The notes: generated by a model not told the origin, from the sequence alone. Numbered from the stretch's first letter, positions 22,242 to 32,192 are shown. The stretch is DNA of 64,000 bases from Pseudomonadota bacterium (GCA_039799905.1 JBDLRP010000001.1:32001-96000); one strand, 5' to 3'. Numbers and translations: made by a program.

Positions 22242-23144
22242 ATGTGGCCTCGACTTTCGCGCTCAGACTTCGAACTTATTGAACCATTTCAGGTATCTAC
22301 AAAGAACTCCCAACTCCCTCTGAAGGCGATCTTTTTTGATATCGGGAGTGTGCTCATCGACCTCGATTGGGACTCCTTCTTCGCGCGCCAACACGAACTC
22401 AACCCGAGCCTCAAAGATTTCTCGGTTGAAAAAATGATGGCAAACGTCCGAGAGAATCAGCTGATGCTGCGATGGTGCACAGGCAACGCCGGCCCCTTCG
22501 ACTATGTTCGTGAAATGCTGGTAGCTGCGGGACACACAGCCGAGCACGCGCGCCTGCTGGCACTCGGAACTGAGCGCCTTCCCAACGGCGTCTTCGCTCC
22601 TGCGCTCGTGAAAGAACTCAGCAGTCTGATTGTCGGCCCCGCGCGTCCGCGCATCGTTCGCCTAATACAAAACCTGCGCAAGCATGGTTATATCGTCGGT
22701 GCACTCAGCAATGCGACTCCATGGCACGAAAGCGACATCATGAGAACCACATCGCTTCATGAGCTTTTTGACGTGGTCATCTTCAGTCAGGACGTCGGGA
22801 GTGAAAAGCCCGATAACAAAATATACATTGCAGCTCAAAATGCGGCGCAGCGCGTATACGATCTTCACTGCAACAAGAATGGTGCTGCGCAGACCACTCT
22901 GCAGACCAGCCAGTTGGCCTTTCTCGACGACACTCCCATCAATGTGCGCGCGGCCCGCTCACTCGGCTGGCAATCCGCATTGGTATGCCTCCTCAAAGAC
23001 GAATATTTGTCGAACGCTGATTCAATCACCGACGGCGAACTCGCAGCGATTTCTCTGGAATCAAAAAACTTGTTATTCGCCGACGCTGCAGCCAAGCGGG
23101 TTGAAAGTTTGTTCGCACGGATTTTGCCAACTGCGAAGGGATAG
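22242..23144 (+). CDS. HAD family phosphatase
   Basis: Motif I FFDIGSVL, motif II LSN, SQDVGSEKPD..IY, motif IV FLDD..INV.AAR.LGW. Confidence 0.88.
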   Translation: MWPRLSRSDFELIEPFQVSTKNSQLPLKAIFFDIGSVLIDLDWDSFFARQHELNPSLKDFSVEKMMANVRENQLMLRWCTGNAGPFDYVREMLVAAGHTAEHARLLALGTERLPNGVFAPALVKELSSLIVGPARPRIVRLIQNLRKHGYIVGALSNATPWHESDIMRTTSLHELFDVVIFSQDVGSEKPDNKIYIAAQNAAQRVYDLHCNKNGAAQTTLQTSQLAFLDDTPINVRAARSLGWQSALVCLLKDEYLSNADSITDGELAAISLESKNLLFADAAAKRVESLFARILPTAKG

Positions 23145-23150
23145 TCTTTC

Positions 23151-24029
23151 ATGAGTTCTTCCCGAAAAATTGCTTTTTTTGATTCCGGACAAGGTGGGCT
23201 TACAGTCTGGGAATCGGTGGTGGGAAAACACCAGAAGCTCAACACAATCTATTTGGGCGACAACGCCCGCTATCCGTATGGAAACAAGGGAGCCGACACC
23301 GTCACACGCTACGCGAGCGAGGCTATTCTATTTCTCGCCGCTCAGCAGGCCGAGCTGATCATTGTCGCGTGCGGTACGGCATCCAGTGTGGCCGTCGCAC
23401 GATTGAAACAGGTTTTCCGACTTCCCGTGATTGGTATTGTCGAAGGTTTTTGTGCAGAGGCATCATCGCTCTGTCTGCGCGAGCGGCGTGTTGCAGTGCT
23501 GGGCACGCGCTTCACCGTAGCCAGCGGCCGCTTTGAATCCGAACTCAAAAAATGTGGCGTCGACTTGGTCTGGCAAAAGGCCTGCCCTCTGTTTGTGCCT
23601 TTGGTCGAAGAAGGAATTTCGGATGGAGACATCGCGACGGCTGCATGCAAGCTCTACTTATCCGACATGCCGGCGGACGTGGATGTAGTCATGCTTGCCT
23701 GCACGCACTTTCCGCGTTTCGCACAGACTATTGCAACGACCCTCGGAACCCGATTAAGCCGCAGCGTGATTTTCAAATCAGCGGAGGGCGAGCAGACGCT
23801 TCACGAGGCTGATAACGGTTCTCAGCCACTCATCTTGCTCGACAGCTCCTCCAGCATCGTAGAGTCGGTCAACACTTTCCTTGCCGGTCACTCTTCAGGT
23901 GAAGAGTTCATGGGCGGACAGACTGATATCTTCTGCACCGACGCCCCTGCACGTTTTGCCCAAGTCGCTCAGGTCTTCGTTCGTAAGGAACTCCCCTCTC
24001 CACGGCAAATCTCTTTGGGCGGCCTTTAA
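23151..24029 (+). CDS. murI: Glutamate racemase
   Basis: FDSGQGGLTV, YLGDNARYPYG, ACGTAS, ACPLFVPLVEEG, LACTHFP (both catalytic Cys present). Confidence 0.95.
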   Translation: MSSSRKIAFFDSGQGGLTVWESVVGKHQKLNTIYLGDNARYPYGNKGADTVTRYASEAILFLAAQQAELIIVACGTASSVAVARLKQVFRLPVIGIVEGFCAEASSLCLRERRVAVLGTRFTVASGRFESELKKCGVDLVWQKACPLFVPLVEEGISDGDIATAACKLYLSDMPADVDVVMLACTHFPRFAQTIATTLGTRLSRSVIFKSAEGEQTLHEADNGSQPLILLDSSSSIVESVNTFLAGHSSGEEFMGGQTDIFCTDAPARFAQVAQVFVRKELPSPRQISLGGL

Positions 24030-24070
24030 GGCGACGCCAAGGGTCAGATTGTCGACTGCACCCTTTGCCG

Positions 24071-24097
24071 TGCAACCTCCTCACTGCTTGCCGATAC
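24071..24097 (+). promoter_or_regulatory. sigma28-like promoter
   Basis: TGCA-N15-GCCGATAC upstream of the CDS at 24175. Confidence 0.45.
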
Positions 24098-24174
24098 CCC
24101 CGAGGGATCGCAAATCGGATGCTCAGAACGGCACAGAGTCCATTCTGAGATTCCAAGAGTGAAGGGTCAGATTC

Positions 24175-26754
24175 ATGAAAGCGAATACTTTCGTTGCAGG
24201 GCTCGCAGACAAAATCAAAAGCGCTTGGCTGGGGGTGCGGCAACAGTCTTCACCCGCCTTGATGTTTATCTTCATCGCCTCTTTTGTCTGTCTCTATGGC
24301 GCCTTTGCGATCCAGCGACGGGCACAACCCGACGCGAAAGTCTCCAATCTGAACAAATCAGGCATCACGCACCTGCAGCTCACCGACTGGGTTGCTGAGT
24401 ACTTCGCCTGCCAAAACGGCCAATGCAAAAGGGTTCTTAAAAAGTTGCCGAACGGCACTTACGAAGTCGCCGGCGAAAAGCTACCGCTCGGGCGTGGCCG
24501 CTATATCGATGATTCTTCTTTTTCCGTGCGTCCGACGCACGTGAAGCTCAGCCACAGAATCAATGAGACTGAAGGCAAAGAACTCAGCGAAAAATGGCCG
24601 AAGGAAAAACCCGTCATTGCCCTGACCGAACAGCCTGTCTGCGCTGAAAGCTCTTGCCGCAACGAAGACATCACTGTCCCGCTGAACCGGCTCACCGTCG
24701 GCGACAAAACGTGGATACAATTTGATTCACACGTCGGAAAAAACGGTCACTTCGGACCCCAGACTTTTCCGCCGCTGGTTGTCGGCTTGGGTCACGCACA
24801 CAAGATCTTTGCGCAAAAGGATTTTTTCCAGAGCGGAATTATCTTTGAACTCGCCTTCACTCTCTTGGCACCGCTCTTTGCACTGGCCATCACCGTGTGG
24901 GTGGGCATGCCGCTTCTCTACACGAGTTTCGCACAGTTTCTCACAGCCCGCGCCGCATGGTCGCTGTTCGCCGCGGATACATTTCTTGCCGAGCCGGTTT
25001 TGTTTCCGATCATTGGCGCGAAAAACAGCTTTGCACTCGCGCTCTTTTTCACCGGCTGGATGGCCGCGTCATTGGCAAACTTTCTGTGTGCATTATGGAT
25101 GAACCGCAGCATCGCCAGAGAGCGTTTCAACACAATCTGGGCGGTGACATCAGTGCTGGCACTTGCTGCGGCGTACGCATTTCCGGCGGGAAGCCCTGCG
25201 GCAGGAATGTATCTGAGGGCTATCGATTCGCTGCTTGTGCTTTCCGGAGCAATCTTGACCGGACTTGTTTATTTTGCGCTGACTTCCGCAGACTGGAATG
25301 CAAGGCTTGCAAACACAATCAGAATGCACTCAAAGGTCGAAATGTCTACGCGCTGGCGCGAGCAGTTGACGGGACTTTGCTGCAGCTTTTCGGTCGCCGC
25401 GCTGTTTTCATTTTGGATGATGTTCGCATCGCGCGGCGATGGATTCATGTTTCAATGGGGTTCTTTCATTTTACCAGTCAGCATGGCGTGCGTCCTCATG
25501 TATTCAACGCCGCAGCTGACACCAGCCGACGTCCAAATCCAGAAAGACTTCGTCATTCAGCAAGAAACGCTTGTAAAATTACTCTCGCAACTTGGCACCT
25601 TCAGGCATCGTGTTCAAGCGATCAGCCTGGTTGTGAATTTCTGCAACCGCGAACTGCCCAAACTCGGCTTTGAAACGCCAGTTTTCTCCGAACAAAAACC
25701 GGCACCACTCAATGATGAGGAGGCCGCCCTGTTCGAAGTTGTGGTCGAGGCCAATGTCAAAGGGCCACATCAGTCGTTCGGCTGGCTCGTAGCGCGCGCG
25801 CAAAAACGCACAGAGACTACAGCAATGGGTGAGCGCATCATTGAGGCGCTCACCACCGCACTGTCGCAACACTTGGATTCGATCATCCGCGGCGGTCTTC
25901 TAGAAAGCGAGGTCAACTCGGCACAGAAATTTGTGCCACGCGACCTGATGCGGCTGTTTTCAATTAACACCCTGGGCGCCATCGACAATCAGCAGGAGTT
26001 CAATTGCAACGGAACCGCCGTTTGTGTTTTCCTCAGGACAAACAACAGAGCGCGCGAAAACGAAGACACTGCAGATCGGCCGCTGACTCTCGAGCTGAAC
26101 GAGCTTTTTGCCAAGGGCGTCAACGATTTCGGCGGCTACATCGTCAATCAGGAAGGCTGTCGCTGGACAATTCTTTTCCGCGAGCAGAACTCCTCCGCGC
26201 TGCGCTGGATCGAAACAACACAGGTCGCCATCCGCAATTGGAACCAGCACCGTCAGGGTCTGGGTCTCTCTACCCACGAGATTGCCTTCGGGGCACACAC
26301 GACTCAACTCTGCCTGCGATTCACAGATAATTCAGGCCAACTGCGTCCGTGGATCACCTTCGACACTCAAGGCATTGCCGCGACACTCGCTGAAGTGGCA
26401 ACCGATTACTCGGCAACCACTCTGCTGAGTCAGGACTACGTCAACAGCCTCATGAAAGCCCCAAGTGCAAACACATTGCCTGATGGGGTTCGCCCGCTCG
26501 ACAGAGTTTGGAACAGAAGCAAAACCGCAACGGTCGACGTCTTCGAATTTTTCGGCGGAGATTCCGACCTGCGCAGGGCCGCTAAGCAGCGTTCGGCTGA
26601 TCTTTTTTCACAGGGCATTCGCCTTTATCTCACCGGCTATTTTGATGGTGCCCGGTCGATCATGAGCCAAATTCTCGAATCCGACCCGCACGACAAGGCC
26701 GCACAACGCCTGATGGGCACCTTGTCGCAAAGCGAGGACCTGCGCGCCGCCTGA
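24175..26754 (+). CDS. Multi-TM sensor with degenerate class III nucleotide cyclase domain and TPR-like tail
   Basis: N-terminal TM, extracytoplasmic domain, about 7 TMs; KFVPRDLMRLF entry motif, GGYIVNQEGC, AFGAHT, RPLDRV..RSKTATVDVFE, DPHDKAA. Confidence 0.75.
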   Translation: MKANTFVAGLADKIKSAWLGVRQQSSPALMFIFIASFVCLYGAFAIQRRAQPDAKVSNLNKSGITHLQLTDWVAEYFACQNGQCKRVLKKLPNGTYEVAGEKLPLGRGRYIDDSSFSVRPTHVKLSHRINETEGKELSEKWPKEKPVIALTEQPVCAESSCRNEDITVPLNRLTVGDKTWIQFDSHVGKNGHFGPQTFPPLVVGLGHAHKIFAQKDFFQSGIIFELAFTLLAPLFALAITVWVGMPLLYTSFAQFLTARAAWSLFAADTFLAEPVLFPIIGAKNSFALALFFTGWMAASLANFLCALWMNRSIARERFNTIWAVTSVLALAAAYAFPAGSPAAGMYLRAIDSLLVLSGAILTGLVYFALTSADWNARLANTIRMHSKVEMSTRWREQLTGLCCSFSVAALFSFWMMFASRGDGFMFQWGSFILPVSMACVLMYSTPQLTPADVQIQKDFVIQQETLVKLLSQLGTFRHRVQAISLVVNFCNRELPKLGFETPVFSEQKPAPLNDEEAALFEVVVEANVKGPHQSFGWLVARAQKRTETTAMGERIIEALTTALSQHLDSIIRGGLLESEVNSAQKFVPRDLMRLFSINTLGAIDNQQEFNCNGTAVCVFLRTNNRARENEDTADRPLTLELNELFAKGVNDFGGYIVNQEGCRWTILFREQNSSALRWIETTQVAIRNWNQHRQGLGLSTHEIAFGAHTTQLCLRFTDNSGQLRPWITFDTQGIAATLAEVATDYSATTLLSQDYVNSLMKAPSANTLPDGVRPLDRVWNRSKTATVDVFEFFGGDSDLRRAAKQRSADLFSQGIRLYLTGYFDGARSIMSQILESDPHDKAAQRLMGTLSQSEDLRAA

Positions 26755-26857
26755 TCAACAAGGCCAAGCGGAGGGCATTGTAAGCCTAAAACGGATAATC
26801 TTGTCGCCTTGGAGGAAGGGTGTTAGGCACTTCTGCGGAAAGGCGGCGGCAAGCAAA

Positions 26858-27859
26858 ATGACCGGAAAAGTCCTGTCTCTTCACAGAAACGAATACTATT
26901 ACGAACACTCGCCGAGCGTTCGTCATCTGCTCGCTGGTCCTGTCGCCCCTGAACTCGTTTCCACATACTCGACCCGCGAGACGCTCGACACCTTCATTAA
27001 AAACTTGGCCGCAGCCCTGAATATCCCCTCTGAGCTCGTGACGCTGTATCACGGCGCGGAGGATGCGCTGTTCAAGATTCTCAGCTGGGCGGCCGGACGT
27101 CAGATGACAGTCCATACCACCAGCTCCGGCTGGGCCGAATATATGCGCATGATGCAGGGACTCGAGCTGGAAGTTAAACTGACAAACCTTAAAGCAACTG
27201 CCGAACAGTACTCCCACCCGACCGAAGAATTCGAATTGGCACTCGCCCAGGAGCCTGCCCGTTGTCTGGTCTTGTTGGCTTCGCCGAACAACCCAACCGG
27301 ACACGAAGTCTCGGCTGAGGAAATCATTCGGCTCGCCAAACGCTTCTCACAGCACGTTTTTTTAATTGATAAAGTCTACAATGAGTTTTCGGCTGAGACG
27401 TTCGCTCCGCTTTCCCGCTACGAGAACATCATCAGCGTGGGCAGCTTCAGCAAATTTTTTGGACTCCCCGGCCTGCGCGTCGGATTTGCTGTGGGAAGAG
27501 TGCCCGCAGTACAAACAATGGCTCTCGGTCCGAGTCCCTGGGCATTGCAGATCTGCGACGCAGCGCTCAGCGATCGCGATTACTACAATTCCAATTGGCA
27601 GCACATGCGCAACACCTGCAGGTTGCTGCAGGATATCCAATCCAGCGCTGGTCATTTTCTAAAAACCCAAGCACCTTTTGTACTTTTTCGCTGCAGTGAA
27701 CTGATCACGCCGCAGGCCGTCAGCACAGCGCAGCAGGCGGTTGCCCTGCGCGGAAAAATCATCACCTTGCAGCCGCAAATAGAAATCCGCTGGAGCCTTG
27801 GTTCACCCGAAGCCTACCAGCGGATTACAGAGTGTATCCGTCAATTGGAAAATCAATAA
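26858..27859 (+). CDS. PLP-dependent aminotransferase class I/II (HisC/CobD-like)
   Basis: LHRNE, GAEDAL, SPNNPTG, IDKVY.EF, SFSKFFGLPGLRVGF (PLP-binding Lys). Confidence 0.85.
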   Translation: MTGKVLSLHRNEYYYEHSPSVRHLLAGPVAPELVSTYSTRETLDTFIKNLAAALNIPSELVTLYHGAEDALFKILSWAAGRQMTVHTTSSGWAEYMRMMQGLELEVKLTNLKATAEQYSHPTEEFELALAQEPARCLVLLASPNNPTGHEVSAEEIIRLAKRFSQHVFLIDKVYNEFSAETFAPLSRYENIISVGSFSKFFGLPGLRVGFAVGRVPAVQTMALGPSPWALQICDAALSDRDYYNSNWQHMRNTCRLLQDIQSSAGHFLKTQAPFVLFRCSELITPQAVSTAQQAVALRGKIITLQPQIEIRWSLGSPEAYQRITECIRQLENQ

Positions 27860-27861
27860 AC

Positions 27862-28704
27862 TTACTGGCGCAAGAGTTCCAAAGCCATTTTTGGAACCTG
27901 ATTCGACTGCGACAACACGCTCGTACCGGCCTGCATCAGAATATTGTTGCGGGTCAATTCGGCCGACTCATCAGCAATGTCGACATCCTTGATACGGCTG
28001 TTTGCAGCACTGAGGTTTTCAACACTGATGCCGATGTTGTTGATGGTCGAAATCAGACGGTTCTGCATAGCACCCAAGTCGCCGCGCAACGAAGAAATGT
28101 AGTCGAGGGCTGCGTCCACCTTCGCCAAACTCTTTTGCGCCCCATCCTTGGTTGAAATATTCAAATCCGCAATACCGATTTTGTCGGTGTTGGCATCGGC
28201 GCGTGAAGCATCGTAGCTGATACGGTCGACGCCCAGGATGTTTTCACCGCCGGTATTGACCTGAATATCAAGTGAACCACCGGTACCGTCGAGCAGGTTG
28301 GTGCCGTTGAAGTCAGTCCCGTTTGCAATTCGGTCGACTTCCGACTTTAGCGCCTGATACTCGTTGTCGAGATAAACGCGTTCTGCAGGACCGATAGTGT
28401 CCGAGGCAGCCTGAACGCCCAACTCACGCATGCGTACGAGGATGTTCTGAACTTCGTTCAGACCGCCTTCGGCTACCTGCACAAGTGAGATGCCATCGTT
28501 GGCATTTCGCTGCGCCACCTGCAAACCGCGAATCTTCGCCCTCAACTTCTCGCTGATTGCCAGACCAGCGGCATCGTCACCCGCTTTGTTGATCCGGTAA
28601 CCCGAAGCCAATCGCTCCAAGCTCTGATCCAAGAGCCTACGAGTATTCCTCAAATGCCGTTGACCGGTCACCGAGGATGTATTGGTCATTATGCGAAAGC
28701 CCAT
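27862..28704 (-). CDS. fliC: Flagellin (short, 280 aa)
   Basis: MGFRIMTN, LERLASGYRINKAGDDAAGLAISE, RNANDGIS.VQ.AEGGL, RGDLGAMQNRL, ENLSAANSRIKDVD.A.E, QAGTSVLSQ. Confidence 0.98.
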   Translation of the reverse strand: MGFRIMTNTSSVTGQRHLRNTRRLLDQSLERLASGYRINKAGDDAAGLAISEKLRAKIRGLQVAQRNANDGISLVQVAEGGLNEVQNILVRMRELGVQAASDTIGPAERVYLDNEYQALKSEVDRIANGTDFNGTNLLDGTGGSLDIQVNTGGENILGVDRISYDASRADANTDKIGIADLNISTKDGAQKSLAKVDAALDYISSLRGDLGAMQNRLISTINNIGISVENLSAANSRIKDVDIADESAELTRNNILMQAGTSVLSQSNQVPKMALELLRQ

Positions 28705-28733
28705 AGCCTTCTCCAGTTACAAAGCCCGTGCAG

Positions 28734-28748
28734 GCGCGATACGAGCCA
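28734..28748 (-). promoter_or_regulatory. Possible sigma54 -24/-12 promoter of the flagellin gene
   Basis: Minus strand TGGCTCG-TATC-GCGC: GG and GC correctly spaced, but the TT before GC is missing. Confidence 0.3.
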
Positions 28749-28979
28749 GTGCTATTTTGAGGCTAACAAAACTTTTTTGAGCATCCTATCCTAAACTGTC
28801 AAAGTTTTTGGCGGCAAACTTGAACCTCAAGCTTGAAAACCATATTTTACGCGGGTGTTCCGGCAAGCTTGACAAAATCTTGGGGTAGATGTTCCTTAGT
28901 TGAACTAGACTCCATCATGATTGTCGACAGCCCGAAAGAGACGCGCGGACGGGCGCAAACGAAAAAAGGAATTTTCGTC

Positions 28980-29861
28980 ATGAAACGTACCGACGAGAAT
29001 CGCTATCCTCAGAGTGCGGAATTGTTTAAGTTCTGCAAAGAAGCGCTCAACATCAAACACTCCTTTGAGGTTAAGGTCATCGACCAGCACGTCGGGGCAA
29101 TTCTCGGGTTTGATCCGGCCGATTGCAGCCACTGGAAGAAGGGCAAAAAGAACATCAAGTCTCTTGATACAGTGAAGGCGATTGCCCAGCACCTTGACGT
29201 CGCTGAACGGGATGTTCTCGATATCATCGCCGGACGCGCAGACGTTGAGGAGTCTCTTCAAGAGTACAAGGGCTATGGTCTGTCAGGCCTGTCGGCAAAG
29301 CAGCTGGACGAACTCAAGCGCGAGTACTTCAAGAATACGGCCCGCTTCCAGACGCTCCTTGGTGTTCAGAATTTCGACGAATTGGTCGACCTCAAGCGCG
29401 ATGTGACAGTGGCCCACGCCGAAGAACTCCTCCTCCGAGCACGCGTTGGAGCCCTTCCGGTCATGCTTCCTGAAGTTTTGGAAATCCTGGATTCTGGAAT
29501 TCGAGTCGTCGAAGGGTCGGCACAACAATCAACGGCAGTGACGGTCCAGACGACAGACGGTGTGACGACAATCACCCACCGTGCCGGTATCATGAAGCCC
29601 TATCTGCGGTTCATGATCGCCCGTGAAATCGGCCGTCACTTGCTTATCGGCCAGCAGCAGCTTCCGGAACTGCAACCCCTTGTTGATATTCGGCTGAATA
29701 TTTTTGCAAGCGCCCTTCTGATTCCAACTTCACTGCTGCAGGCAGCTCTCCGTCATGCCGACCCGTCTAGCGATCCGGTGGAGCAACTCTCGGTCTTGTT
29801 CTGGGTTCCGCGTTCCGTGGTTTCAGCCCGCCTCAAAGATTTTATTGTCACGCAAAACTGA
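28980..29861 (+). CDS. HTH-like + degenerate ImmA/IrrE-like domain protein
   Basis: N-terminal DQHVGAILGFDPADCSHWKKGKK (XRE-HTH-like); C-terminal RFMIAREIGRH and LNIFASALLIP match IrrE motifs without the metal ligands. Confidence 0.72.
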   Translation: MKRTDENRYPQSAELFKFCKEALNIKHSFEVKVIDQHVGAILGFDPADCSHWKKGKKNIKSLDTVKAIAQHLDVAERDVLDIIAGRADVEESLQEYKGYGLSGLSAKQLDELKREYFKNTARFQTLLGVQNFDELVDLKRDVTVAHAEELLLRARVGALPVMLPEVLEILDSGIRVVEGSAQQSTAVTVQTTDGVTTITHRAGIMKPYLRFMIAREIGRHLLIGQQQLPELQPLVDIRLNIFASALLIPTSLLQAALRHADPSSDPVEQLSVLFWVPRSVVSARLKDFIVTQN

Positions 29862-29948
29862 TATAGGGTCTCCCATCAACAGCAGAGCAGCAGCTGAGCC
29901 GGCCGAATTGCCGAGAAATCTGTTGCTTTGGCGTCTGAGGAGACATTC

Positions 29949-30836
29949 ATGGACAACCTTTTGGTATACTCAGCTCTGGGATTGGCCGCTTTCACATCAC
30001 TTGCGGCTCTCTATTTTTTTGTCGGACGCATCAAACTGCAGGACAAAGTCAGCTCACTTGAGGAAAAACTGACCCTCGAGCAGGCCAAACGGACCGAAAT
30101 GTCGCTGGCAAGGGCTCCGGCACAGAAAAAAGCAGACACCCAAAAATCACAAACAGACAATCAAAAACATGCGGCAGAAATCGTTGAGCTCAGAAAAAAC
30201 AACTCCCACCTGAAGGATGAAGTCAAACAGCTCAAGTCGGAGCTGCGCACCTCGGAGAGCTTACTGAAAGAGTTCAACAGCCGGAGCGAGGGCGAAATGT
30301 TCAAGCTTCGTGCTGAGAACCAAGCGCTCATTGAGCGGATCCGCGACATGGAGAGCAACTCTGCCGACAAAAAGAGGGCCGCGATCCTCGAAACAGAGCT
30401 CACCGACACGAAAACCGTATTGAGGACCGCGCAGAGCGAGCTCAGTGCAACGCAGCAAAAGCTCAAAAGCGAACGGGCGGCCGCCGATAAATTCAAGGTA
30501 ACGGCGGAGACTCTGCAACAGCAGGTGCGCGAGCTCAAAAATCGCATTCCTGACGTAGAACAGGAAGAAACGGTCAAAATTGATCCCAAGGCGTTTGCGC
30601 GCTGGAAGGACCGTGCGCTGACAGCCCGGCAAATGTACAAAATGATGCGGCAAATGCGTGAGCTTTCCGACATCAAGCTTGCGACCTATCAGGAAGCTGT
30701 CGTCGACGTTTCCCGCACGCTTCTCACCATAAAGGGCGTTGAGTCTCCGACGGTCGCACCGCAGGAAAATAAAGCTGACCGCTATCTCGCAGAAGCATGG
30801 GCACTCATTCAGCCTGACACTTCTGTCAACGCATAG
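29949..30836 (+). CDS. Membrane-anchored coiled-coil protein
   Basis: N-terminal TM followed by a long E/K/Q/L heptad region; GAGGAG RBS. Confidence 0.75.
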   Translation: MDNLLVYSALGLAAFTSLAALYFFVGRIKLQDKVSSLEEKLTLEQAKRTEMSLARAPAQKKADTQKSQTDNQKHAAEIVELRKNNSHLKDEVKQLKSELRTSESLLKEFNSRSEGEMFKLRAENQALIERIRDMESNSADKKRAAILETELTDTKTVLRTAQSELSATQQKLKSERAAADKFKVTAETLQQQVRELKNRIPDVEQEETVKIDPKAFARWKDRALTARQMYKMMRQMRELSDIKLATYQEAVVDVSRTLLTIKGVESPTVAPQENKADRYLAEAWALIQPDTSVNA

Positions 30837-30941
30837 TGTAAATCTTGCCGCTTTCCTCTTCCCGTTCCTGCCGATACCCCGTGTGAACAGCCGAGCCACT
30901 CTTGCGAGTTAAGGTTCTGCAATTCTCAACTGAGGGAACGG

Positions 30942-32192
30942 GTGCAAAAGCATTCTCGGACAAACAACACAACAACAATGAGCGCGCGGACAGTCCGCCT
31001 GCCCGTGAGTCGTGTCTGCCGCGTCTGCATCACTCTCTGCATGAGCCTTTTTCTCTTCAAGGCTGGGAGCTTGCAGGCCAGTGAACCTACGAATGCCAAT
31101 CTGGTTGTCGAAGACCGATCGGCTGACCTGACTCCACCTGCATCACGCTGGAACAAGGAAATATTTCTCGAACCCAAAACTATCCGGCCGAGTGTCAAAA
31201 CACTCAAAATGAGGATCGAAGCAGAAAAGCGCAAACCTGAGATTGCCGAACCAATCGTACTGCGCCTGAAAACAACAGAACTGCGGCCGTTGCTTGCGCA
31301 ACTCTCCAGTGATGCTGCATTCCGAAAATTTACCACCAACCCCAAGTACAACTTCTCACTGATGAAAAATCTCGAGGCACGAATTGAAAAAAAGGCCTCC
31401 GACACTCCAGAGCAACCTTCGCGCAAGCCTGCGGTCGCTCTTCTGACCTTGAATGCATGGGATTTGAGTTGGCTAGACCTCGAGAAACTCTCACATGCGC
31501 TTGCATTCCCAAGTCTGGAACCGTTCATTCCCGTCGATGAAATCCGCTCGCTGAAAAGCGGTGAACTTGCGACAAAAGAGCGCTGGATGGGTCACTTTGC
31601 AAACCGATTCGCAGAGGTCAAAGCCAAGACAGAACAATGGTTCGAAAGCAATTCGGGAAGCATGCAGATGCCCATCAGCGCACTGCTGCCCGATCATATG
31701 CGTCTGCTGCTCGGTCGCTACTCACCATTCCGCGGGCGCAACTGCTTTGCAACAGCCCTGCAGTTTGCAGATGCTGGAATCATTCAGGCGAAGAACATCA
31801 ACCTTGTACGTGAGGCCGGACACAGCCTTGCGCTCATCAATCACGATGAGTTCAGTCATGCCCTTTGGCTAGGGTATGACGAGCTGACACCGCAACAGGT
31901 CGGGTCAGGTTTACAATATGGCGACATTATTGCAATTATTGACGGCGACGACCGTGTAGCCTACACTTCACTCAAACACGCTGCCGTCCACATTGTCGGC
32001 GATCTTTATCTGCATAAACCCAGCAAATCGGCGAGTTCACCGATCGAGTTCGTGCGCTGGAGAGAACTCGTGCAGACTTGGAGCCCTCTGGTGAAGCAAT
32101 TTGACGTTCGCTACTTCAGACCCCGCCCCGGAGCCCGCATTCAGGAACGGAGCCCGACTTTCGCCATTGAAAAGATCAAGTGGAATCGCTAG
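30942..32192 (+). CDS. Hypothetical exported protein with possible Cys/His papain-like (NlpC/P60-type) C-terminal domain
   Basis: Signal-like segment ending SLQA; GRNCFATAL, LQYGDII, HAAVHI..DLYLHK; start uncertain. Confidence 0.62.
   Translation: MQKHSRTNNTTTMSARTVRLPVSRVCRVCITLCMSLFLFKAGSLQASEPTNANLVVEDRSADLTPPASRWNKEIFLEPKTIRPSVKTLKMRIEAEKRKPEIAEPIVLRLKTTELRPLLAQLSSDAAFRKFTTNPKYNFSLMKNLEARIEKKASDTPEQPSRKPAVALLTLNAWDLSWLDLEKLSHALAFPSLEPFIPVDEIRSLKSGELATKERWMGHFANRFAEVKAKTEQWFESNSGSMQMPISALLPDHMRLLLGRYSPFRGRNCFATALQFADAGIIQAKNINLVREAGHSLALINHDEFSHALWLGYDELTPQQVGSGLQYGDIIAIIDGDDRVAYTSLKHAAVHIVGDLYLHKPSKSASSPIEFVRWRELVQTWSPLVKQFDVRYFRPRPGARIQERSPTFAIEKIKWNR

Noticed and set aside
28925..28965. 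GCCCGAAAG...CGGGCGCAAAC resembling part of a c-di-GMP-I riboswitch
   Set aside because: Lacks the 5' GGCAAA element and there is no room for the second stem before the RBS.
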